Origin: a virus
DNA: 64,000 bases
Virus record (IMG/VR): IMGVR_UViG_645058813_000003
Location: 7,834-71,833 of that record
Strand: one strand, 5' to 3'
Positions 56,695-64,000 of the stretch are shown here, one piece after another; within the stretch, counting starts at the first letter, position 1; each line of letters begins with the position of its first letter. Under the pieces are notes generated by a model that was not told where the DNA came from, made no database searches, and worked only from the letters and a program-made list of their open reading frames with translations. The position numbers and the translations under genes are program-made.

Positions 56695-57204
56695 ATGTTA
56701 GGAGGAGAAATGAAGTCGGTTGAAGATATAATAAAAGATAACTTAAAGTCAATAGAATCAATGGCTGAGAGTGGTTGTACTGATAAAGAAATTGCAGGAA
56801 AATTAGACATAAGTTATTCAACTTTTAAGAGATATAAGTCCTCAAATAAGGCTTTAAAGGACTTAATGGCTCAATGCAAAGATAAGAAGAATGAAGAAGT
56901 TGAACAGGCTCTTTTTAATAACTGCATTGGCTATGAATATGAAGAAGAAGTTCCAGTAAAAATTAAAGAAGAAGTTATGGCAGAAGATGAACAAACAGTA
57001 TTGATTAAAGAAAGAGTTGTAGTTAAGAAGGTAAAGAAGTATTGTAAGCCTGATTTAGCAGCACAAAAATATTGGTTAAATAATATGAAGAAAGCTAAGT
57101 GGAGTGATGATCCTAATAAGGTATCTAATGATAAGAAGCTTACTAAGCTTAAAGAAAAAGAAGCAGAACAACGCAATAAACTTATAGAAGGGGTTAGTCT
57201 ATAA
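56695..57204 (+). CDS. HTH protein of small-terminase-like type
   Basis: TDKEIAGKLDISYSTF; KPDLAAQKYWLNN. Confidence 0.65.
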   Translation: MLGGEMKSVEDIIKDNLKSIESMAESGCTDKEIAGKLDISYSTFKRYKSSNKALKDLMAQCKDKKNEEVEQALFNNCIGYEYEEEVPVKIKEEVMAEDEQTVLIKERVVVKKVKKYCKPDLAAQKYWLNNMKKAKWSDDPNKVSNDKKLTKLKEKEAEQRNKLIEGVSL

Positions 57205-57620
57205 TGCCTATCTATAAACGTTGTAGCAGATGTAACAAGAGAATATTAGAAGGAACTAAATGTGATTGTTTAAAGGAAAGACATAAAGAGTACAAACATT
57301 ATAGAACAGATAAGAAAGAACAAAGCTTTTATTCTAGTAAAGAATGGTTGCCTATAAAAGAGAAAGCTAAAGCATTATATGATGGAATAGATATATATAG
57401 TTACTATGTATTAAATAAGCTTGAATATGGGCAAACAATGCATCATATTGAAGAATTAAAAGATAATTGGGATAGAAGATTAGATATAAATAATTTAATC
57501 TATCTAACTGAAAGCAATCATCAAATAATTCACAAGCTTTATAAAGAAGGAAAGAAAAAAGAAACAATGGAGTTATTATTTTATTTAATAGAAAAATTTA
57601 AAAGTGAATTTGGGAAGTAG
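57204..57620 (+). CDS. Packaging-associated HNH endonuclease
   Basis: CSRC...FYSSKEW...HHIEEL...RLDINNLIYL...H. Confidence 0.85.
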   Translation: MPIYKRCSRCNKRILEGTKCDCLKERHKEYKHYRTDKKEQSFYSSKEWLPIKEKAKALYDGIDIYSYYVLNKLEYGQTMHHIEELKDNWDRRLDINNLIYLTESNHQIIHKLYKEGKKKETMELLFYLIEKFKSEFGK

Positions 57621-57700
57621 GGGGGTATCAAAAAAGTTTTTTAAAATTTTTGTATGGTCGCATAGGTAGCTTTCCTTTCACGAATTTCCCAATAAAATTT
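57615..57700 (+). other. Probable cos region of prophage 2
   Basis: GGGGGGTATC...GGTCGCATAGGTAG...TTTCCC between HNH and terS. Confidence 0.45.
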
Positions 57701-57734
57701 TGAAAAGTAAATTTTAAATGAGAGAAGGTGAAAA

Positions 57735-58217
57735 ATGTCAAGAGCAAGGAAACCATTAGAAATGCAGAAGAAGCATTTAACTAATGCAGAGATTACAGAA
57801 AAAGAACAGCAGGAAGAATTCTTAAGTTTAGGTAAAGAGCAATTAGAAAAACCACCAAGTTGGTTAATTGATGATATTGCTAAAAATGAATTTATAAGAG
57901 TAGTTACTGAACTTAATGATGTTAAGATAATTGGAAACTTAGATTTAAGTAATGTTGGAGGATATTGCAACGCATTTTCTACATATGTAAATGCAATAGA
58001 AAATCTAAAAGGCAAAAAGTCATTAGTAAAAGAAGCTACGAAAAATGGAGTTAAGCTTGTTGAAAATCCATATCTAATAATAAGAGATAAGGCAGCAAGC
58101 GAAATGAGAAAGTTTGGATCACTATGTGGAATAAATGTTGATGGAAGATTAAAATTAGCAACAGTACAAACTACTAAACAACAGGAAGATATTATTGATG
58201 AATTTGGTGATATTTAA
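57735..58217 (+). CDS. Terminase small subunit (P27 family)
   Basis: ARKP...KHLT; KPPSWL; ENPY. Confidence 0.9.
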   Translation: MSRARKPLEMQKKHLTNAEITEKEQQEEFLSLGKEQLEKPPSWLIDDIAKNEFIRVVTELNDVKIIGNLDLSNVGGYCNAFSTYVNAIENLKGKKSLVKEATKNGVKLVENPYLIIRDKAASEMRKFGSLCGINVDGRLKLATVQTTKQQEDIIDEFGDI

Positions 58218-59998
58218 TGACTATATTAGAAGAACTAATAGATTATGCACATAAATGTATTAATGATGTTAGAGCAAATCAATATGAAGATTATATTTCC
58301 TGTCAAAAACATAAGTGGGCATGTGAAAGATTTTTAAAAGATATAGAAAAGTCTAAATTAAATATTTTAAAAGAACCATTTAATTATTACTGGAATGAAG
58401 AAGAAGCTAGTAAAATTGTTAAATGGTTTAGTTATTTAAGACATAGTAAAGGAGTATTAGCTGGACAGCCAATTATATTAAATACATGGCAAAAATTTAA
58501 TGTATGTCAACTTTATGGTTGGAGAAATAAAAAAACTGAGAAGAAACGTTTTAAAACTTCATTTATTGAGGTTGCTAGAAAAAATGCGAAATCTCAAATG
58601 GAAGCTGGGATAGCTCTTTATGAAATATCATCTCAATCTACTAAAAATAGAGAAGTTTATGAGTATTACACAGCAGGTACTAAAAGAGATCAATCTAAAA
58701 TAATTGTAAATGAAGCAAAACTAATGCTAAAAGGTTCACCGTTAAGAGGTAAATTTAAAATTACTAGAGATTTAATAGAACATGTTAAAACAGGAAGTTT
58801 TATTAAAGCACTATGTAAAGAAGATGGACAAAAAGGTGATGGTACTAATCCAGCAGGATTAATATTAGATGAATATCATCAACATAAATCAACAGAATTT
58901 TATGATTTATTCTTAGGTGCAAACACTAAAGAGCCTTTACTTATGATTATTACCACAGCAGGTAAAGATTTAACTTATCCATGTTTTACTCAAGAATATA
59001 AATATTGTAGTAATATACTTGATCCTAATGTTGAAGAAGTAGTAAATGATGAATATTTAGTTGATATATGTGAACTGGATAAAGAAGATTATAGAGAACT
59101 TACTAACATAAGCAATGAAAGACTTTGGCTTAAAGCCAATCCTATTAGAATGACATATGAAGATGGTTGGAATAAAATAAAAGATCAATTTAGAATAGCC
59201 CTAGATATACCTGAAAAAATGACAGCATTTTTAACTAAATGTTTAAACATTTGGGTACAAGCACAAGAAAATAGTTATATGGATATGTCTAAATGGAAAC
59301 TATGTGAAGTAAAACAGTTACCTATAGATATAACTGGAATGACTGTATATGTTGGATTTGATATGTCAGCGAAAATTGATTTAACTTCGGTAGCATTTGT
59401 TATACCATTTTTAAGTGAAGAATTAGATAAAGAAGGAAACAAAATAGTTAAATATATAGTATTTTCACATTCATTTATTCCTAATAGAGAAAAATTAGCA
59501 GAAAGAATAGCAAAAGATAAAGTACCATATGATACTTGGGTTAGACAAAAGTACATAACAATAACAGATACACCTATAGTTGACCAAAATGCAGTTATTA
59601 AATATGTACTAGAATTTTGTGAGAAATATAGACTTAATATTGAATGTTTATGTTTTGATCCAGCAAATGCAAGTAAAATAATGATTGATTTATCAGATAA
59701 GGGATTTAATGTTGAAGAAGTTTTTCAATCTCATAAATCATTAAATGAAAGTACACAAGGATTCAGAGAGCAGACTTATTGCAAAAATATAATATATATA
59801 TATAATCCTGTTTTAAATTTTGCTATGAGTAATGCAGTTATTAAAACTAATAATGGATTAATAAAAATTGATAAAGATGCTACAGAAAAGAAAATAGATC
59901 CAGTTGATGCAATTTTATGTGGCTTTAAATTAGCTTTATATCATCAGTTTATTGATATTAAGTCAACTGATGAATGGTTAGAAAGCGATGAATGGTAA
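58217..59998 (+). CDS. Terminase large subunit
   Basis: VARKNAKS; ILDEYH; GFDMSAKIDLT; KIDPVDA. Confidence 0.95.
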   Translation: MTILEELIDYAHKCINDVRANQYEDYISCQKHKWACERFLKDIEKSKLNILKEPFNYYWNEEEASKIVKWFSYLRHSKGVLAGQPIILNTWQKFNVCQLYGWRNKKTEKKRFKTSFIEVARKNAKSQMEAGIALYEISSQSTKNREVYEYYTAGTKRDQSKIIVNEAKLMLKGSPLRGKFKITRDLIEHVKTGSFIKALCKEDGQKGDGTNPAGLILDEYHQHKSTEFYDLFLGANTKEPLLMIITTAGKDLTYPCFTQEYKYCSNILDPNVEEVVNDEYLVDICELDKEDYRELTNISNERLWLKANPIRMTYEDGWNKIKDQFRIALDIPEKMTAFLTKCLNIWVQAQENSYMDMSKWKLCEVKQLPIDITGMTVYVGFDMSAKIDLTSVAFVIPFLSEELDKEGNKIVKYIVFSHSFIPNREKLAERIAKDKVPYDTWVRQKYITITDTPIVDQNAVIKYVLEFCEKYRLNIECLCFDPANASKIMIDLSDKGFNVEEVFQSHKSLNESTQGFREQTYCKNIIYIYNPVLNFAMSNAVIKTNNGLIKIDKDATEKKIDPVDAILCGFKLALYHQFIDIKSTDEWLESDEW

Positions 59999-60012
59999 GG
60001 TGGTGATAAAAT

Positions 60013-61278
60013 ATGAAGAAAAATAAAATAGTAAGCAAAGTTAAAAAAATATTCACAAATGAAGTTGAAAACGAAACTATAGGAACTAATCCTACTGTAG
60101 AAGAATTGAAAGAATTTTTTAATACTAATATAGAAGAAATTGCAAATACAAAGCTTACAAGTACAAGCTATTATTCATGTATGCAAATAAGATGTAATGC
60201 TATTGCTAAATTGCCTTTAAAGCTTATGCAAGAAACAGAAAAAGGTTCAATAAAAGCAAAAGATCATAATTTATATAAACTTTTAAAGAAAAGACCTAAT
60301 CCTTTTACTAATGCACATGATTTTATGTGGGCTACAGAATTTAATAGGTTAGAATATGGTAATGCTTTTTGGGTTATGGATGTAAATACTCGAGGGCAAA
60401 CACAAGCTTTATATTTATTAGATAGTAGAAAAGTAACTATTATGGTTGATAATACTGGAATTTTAAATAATAAAAATGCAGTTTATTATATTTATGAAGA
60501 TGAAAAACAAGGTCAGATTATTTATATAAGTGATGAAATAGTACATTTTAAGAATTTTAGTATGAATGGATTAAAGGGTACTAGCATTAAGAAATATATA
60601 GCTGATACAGTAGAAAATGAACAGTATTCAGCTAAATTATTAAAAGATAAATATAAAAATGGACTTCAAGATCCTATAATAGTTCAATATATTGGAGATT
60701 TAAATGATGCTAAACAACAAAAAATAAAGAAAAAGTTTGCTGATATGGGTGGTGCTAAAAATGCTGGTAAGGTTGTACCAATTCCAACAGATTTCAAGGT
60801 AGAACAGCTAGAAACTAAACTTGTAAATAGTCAATTTTTTCAATTGCAAGGACTTACTACAAGACATATTGCTAATGCCTTTGGAGTAAAAGGCTTTCAA
60901 CTTAATGATATGGAAAAAAGTACTTATAACAATATAGAACAGCAAAATAAAGCTTTTTATAGCGATACATTACAAAATGTTTTAACCACTTATGAACAAG
61001 AAATGGATTATAAAGTGTTAACTAAAGATGAAGAAGAGAAAAAAGGCTACTACTGGCAATTTAATGTTGATAGTATTTTAAGAAGCGATTTAACAAGTAG
61101 AACAACTTCATATCAAACTGGAATTAATACAGGCTATATGACAATTGCTGAGGTACGAGCAAAAGAAAATCTACCATATATAGAGGGAACTGACATATTA
61201 ATAATAGGAAATGGTGCAAGTATTCCATTAAACGACCTAGGAAAGCAATACACGAAAGGGGGTGGAAAGAGTGAGTAA
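60013..61278 (+). CDS. Portal protein (HK97 family)
   Basis: IAKLPL; RPNP; GNAF; IVHFK; IANAFGV; TIAEVRAKENLP. Confidence 0.95.
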   Translation: MKKNKIVSKVKKIFTNEVENETIGTNPTVEELKEFFNTNIEEIANTKLTSTSYYSCMQIRCNAIAKLPLKLMQETEKGSIKAKDHNLYKLLKKRPNPFTNAHDFMWATEFNRLEYGNAFWVMDVNTRGQTQALYLLDSRKVTIMVDNTGILNNKNAVYYIYEDEKQGQIIYISDEIVHFKNFSMNGLKGTSIKKYIADTVENEQYSAKLLKDKYKNGLQDPIIVQYIGDLNDAKQQKIKKKFADMGGAKNAGKVVPIPTDFKVEQLETKLVNSQFFQLQGLTTRHIANAFGVKGFQLNDMEKSTYNNIEQQNKAFYSDTLQNVLTTYEQEMDYKVLTKDEEEKKGYYWQFNVDSILRSDLTSRTTSYQTGINTGYMTIAEVRAKENLPYIEGTDILIIGNGASIPLNDLGKQYTKGGGKSE

Positions 61279-62032
61279 AATTAATTGTACTATTTTTGAT
61301 AAAAAATCTAATAAGTTAAAAAATGTTGGATTTATGGAAATAAAAAATAATAGTAATGGAAATGGAGAACTGTATTTATATGGAGATATAGTAAGTGATC
61401 AATGGGGGAAATGGTCAGATGATGATACCTGCCCACAGGACATAGCTGATTTTTTAAAAGAATTAAATTCATTTGATAGTTTAGATATTTATGTAAATAG
61501 TGGAGGAGGTTCTGTATTTGCAGGAATTGCTATTTATCATCAGTTAAAAAGGCATAATGGTTTTAAAACTGTTTATGTTGATGGGATAGCAGCTAGTATT
61601 GCTAGTGTGATTTCATGTGCTGGTGATAAAGTTATTATACCTAAGAGTGCACAATTTATGATTCATAAGCCAACAGCTAGTTACTTTTGGACTTCACTTA
61701 ATGCTGATGAATTAAGAAAAGAAGCTGATACATTAGATGTATGTCAGGATTCAATTAGAAATATTTATATGGAGAATGTAAAAGAAGGTATTACAGAAGA
61801 AGAAATAAATAATTTAATTGATTCTGAAACATGGTTTACTGGTGAAACAGTAACAGATTATTTTAATTTTGAAGTTGAAGAAAGTTCAGAAAAGGTGGCT
61901 AGTACAAGTCAATTTTATAATAAATATAAGAATGCTCCTAATGAACTATTAAAAAATAAGATAATAAAAAATAATGAAAATGATGAGTTGAAAAATAAGC
62001 TACAAACTGAGTTAGAGTTACTTAGTATGTAG
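61262..62032 (+). CDS. ClpP-like head maturation protease
   Basis: YVNSGGGSV; DGIAASIASVI; FMIHKP; ETW. Confidence 0.92.
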   Translation: MERVSKINCTIFDKKSNKLKNVGFMEIKNNSNGNGELYLYGDIVSDQWGKWSDDDTCPQDIADFLKELNSFDSLDIYVNSGGGSVFAGIAIYHQLKRHNGFKTVYVDGIAASIASVISCAGDKVIIPKSAQFMIHKPTASYFWTSLNADELRKEADTLDVCQDSIRNIYMENVKEGITEEEINNLIDSETWFTGETVTDYFNFEVEESSEKVASTSQFYNKYKNAPNELLKNKIIKNNENDELKNKLQTELELLSM

Positions 62033-62070
62033 TTTTTTTATGTTAAAAAATGAAAAAGGAAGTGTATTAA

Positions 62071-63246
62071 ATGAAAAAATCTTTAGAAATGAGAAATAAA
62101 TTAGAGGGTTTAAAAAATGAAGCACAAACTTTATTGGATGAAAACAAAGTTACAGATGCACAAGATAAAATGGAAGAAATTAAAAACTTAAAAAATGCTA
62201 TTTCTATTCAAGAAGCATTAGAAAAAGAAGAAGAAGGAGCACTTGCTGCTGAAAATAATATTAATAGTGATCCTGAAAATAATGGAGAAGAAATGCCTAA
62301 AAACAAAGCTAAAAAAAATGCTAATTGCATAAGAGCAATGATTAAAAAAGTAACTGGCAGAAGTTTGACCGAAGCTGAAAATGCTTTATTAGTACAAACT
62401 CCACAAACTGGAGATGGAAGTGGTGAAGGATATTTACTTCCTACTGATGTTTCTACTCTAATTCACAAAAAAATAAGAGAATATAGAAGTTTAAGAGATG
62501 CTGTAGGATATATGCCAGCTGGTGCATTAACAGGTTCATTTCCAGTAGAAGATTTTGAAACAGTAAGTGAATTAATTGATTTTACAGATGGTACAGATGG
62601 AAGTGAAAGTAATGATATTAAATTTAAAAATGTATCTTATGCTTTAAAAGAAAAAGCTGCATTTATTAAATTATCTAATACTTTATTAAAAATGACAGAT
62701 AATGCTTTAATATCTTATGTTGTAGAAGTATTTGCTAAAAAGGCTGTAATAACAGAAAATAAGATGATTATTACTAAATTAAAAGAAAATAAAACTATAA
62801 AAGCATTAAAGGGATGGAAAGATTTAAAGAGTTCATTAAATAAGGATTTAGATCCAGCAGTTTTATTTGGAACTGTAATTGTTACTAATCAAACTGGATT
62901 TGATTATTTAGATGGAGAAATTGATACAACTGGTAAGCCAATATTAAATATTGATGTTGCTAATCCAACTCAAAGAAAGTTTAAAGGATATACAGTATTA
63001 GTTTATTCAGATGCAATGTTGCAAAATACAGGAACTAAAGCACCTATATTCTATGGCAATCTAGCAGAGGCTATAAAATTTATTGACTATAACGGATTAA
63101 TTAGTTTTGCAACTTCAAGTGAAGCTGGGTTTATGTCTAATACGACTATAGCAAGACTTATTGAATTTATTGATGTTATTCAAGTTGATAAATCTGATAA
63201 GTGTTATATTGCTGGTACTATAGATACTACTGCAACTGGTGCTTAA
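62071..63246 (+). CDS. Major capsid protein
   Basis: GEGYLLPTDV; HK97-like; synteny. Confidence 0.92.
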   Translation: MKKSLEMRNKLEGLKNEAQTLLDENKVTDAQDKMEEIKNLKNAISIQEALEKEEEGALAAENNINSDPENNGEEMPKNKAKKNANCIRAMIKKVTGRSLTEAENALLVQTPQTGDGSGEGYLLPTDVSTLIHKKIREYRSLRDAVGYMPAGALTGSFPVEDFETVSELIDFTDGTDGSESNDIKFKNVSYALKEKAAFIKLSNTLLKMTDNALISYVVEVFAKKAVITENKMIITKLKENKTIKALKGWKDLKSSLNKDLDPAVLFGTVIVTNQTGFDYLDGEIDTTGKPILNIDVANPTQRKFKGYTVLVYSDAMLQNTGTKAPIFYGNLAEAIKFIDYNGLISFATSSEAGFMSNTTIARLIEFIDVIQVDKSDKCYIAGTIDTTATGA

Positions 63247-63256
63247 TTGAGGGCTT

Positions 63257-63535
63257 TTGCCCTCCTTAAGTCTAGGAGGGATAACTATGGATTTACAACA
63301 AGTCAAAGACTTTTTAAAAATTGACTATGAAGATGATGATTATTTAATTCAGCTTTTTATAGAAATATCAAAAAAATATATAACTAATGGTTTTTCAAAT
63401 TATGATGAAAATAATCCTACACATAAACTTTTTTTACTAAAAGCAGTAAAGGCATTATACGATAATAGAGATTCTAATAATGATCCTGTTTATCTAAGCA
63501 TTAAATTACAGGAAAGCTTAGGTGATGAAGTATGA
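63257..63535 (+). CDS. Head-tail connector (likely start 63287)
   Basis: LQQVKDFLKIDYEDDD. Confidence 0.85.
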   Translation: MPSLSLGGITMDLQQVKDFLKIDYEDDDYLIQLFIEISKKYITNGFSNYDENNPTHKLFLLKAVKALYDNRDSNNDPVYLSIKLQESLGDEV

Positions 63536-63852
63536 GTAAGAGTGAAAGAATTAATATAACCGTAGTAGCTGAAAAAAGGATTAACGGTAAACCAATAAAA
63601 TCTGATGAACCTTTTTATAATTGTTGGTGTGAAATACTTCAATTATATGGAACTGAATTATATCAGGCTATAAATATAAAGTTAGAAAATACTATTATAT
63701 TTAAAGTTAGATATTGTAAGTTGTTAGAGCAATTGCAGGATAAGAAAGAATACAAAGTAAATTTTAAAGGGCATACTTATAAAATTTATCATACAGATTT
63801 TGCTAAAGAATATAAAAAATATATTCTATTAAAATGTGATTTTATAAAATAG
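63532..63852 (+). CDS. Head closure protein
   Basis: FKVRYC; synteny. Confidence 0.75.
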   Translation: MSKSERINITVVAEKRINGKPIKSDEPFYNCWCEILQLYGTELYQAINIKLENTIIFKVRYCKLLEQLQDKKEYKVNFKGHTYKIYHTDFAKEYKKYILLKCDFIK

Positions 63853-63860
63853 GTGATTGA

Positions 63861-64000
63861 ATGAGTATCGAATTTGAGTTAAAAGGCTTTGATGATATTA
63901 TAAAGCAATTAGAATGTTTATTTAGTTCAGGCGAAATAGAAAACATTGATAAAAACATATTAACAACAGTAACTAATAAAATGAAAAGTGAAATTAAACC
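63861..64000 (+). CDS. HK97 gp10-like protein, 3'-truncated by window edge
   Basis: MSIEFELKGFDDIIKQL. Confidence 0.6.
   Translation, partial: MSIEFELKGFDDIIKQLECLFSSGEIENIDKNILTTVTNKMKSEIK

Larger units (their letters stand above)
40538..64000. mobile_element. Prophage 2 (left portion), inserted at the xerD 3' end; continues beyond window
   Basis: Integrase, immunity, replication, packaging and head modules in canonical order. Confidence 0.95.

Noticed and set aside
1-64000. Reverse transcriptase, retron or DGR, tRNA, rRNA
   Set aside because: No YxDD-type RT ORF, no TR/VR pair and no tRNA/rRNA-like sequence recognised by eye.

Overview
AT-rich Clostridium-type chromosome segment with three parts. 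(1) 1-~31,899 is the right part of a temperate siphophage (prophage 1). It carries a YonO-like single-subunit RNA polymerase with structured non-coding flanks, an HK97-type head and tail module, a ToxIN-type type III toxin-antitoxin cassette, a PemK-like pair and a lysis module. (2) The phage sequence ends abruptly at an orphan in-frame 3' fragment of spo0A (31,900-32,013, last 37 codons), so the prophage appears to sit inside the sporulation master-regulator gene. About 8.6 kb of host-like genes follow: small hypotheticals, a tandem paralog pair, alpha-amylase, spoIIM and a xerD-like gene with substituted catalytic residues. (3) From ~40,538 to the window end is the left part of prophage 2, inserted at the xerD 3' end. 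It contains an integrase, ImmA-like protease, an accessory array punctuated by a repeated GGTGTTC-N5-GAACACC hairpin, twin repressors, a CI/Cro switch, ParAB, replication genes, a second recombinase, and packaging and head genes. No rRNA, tRNA or CRISPR array was seen. All family assignments are by motif recognition, without database searches.
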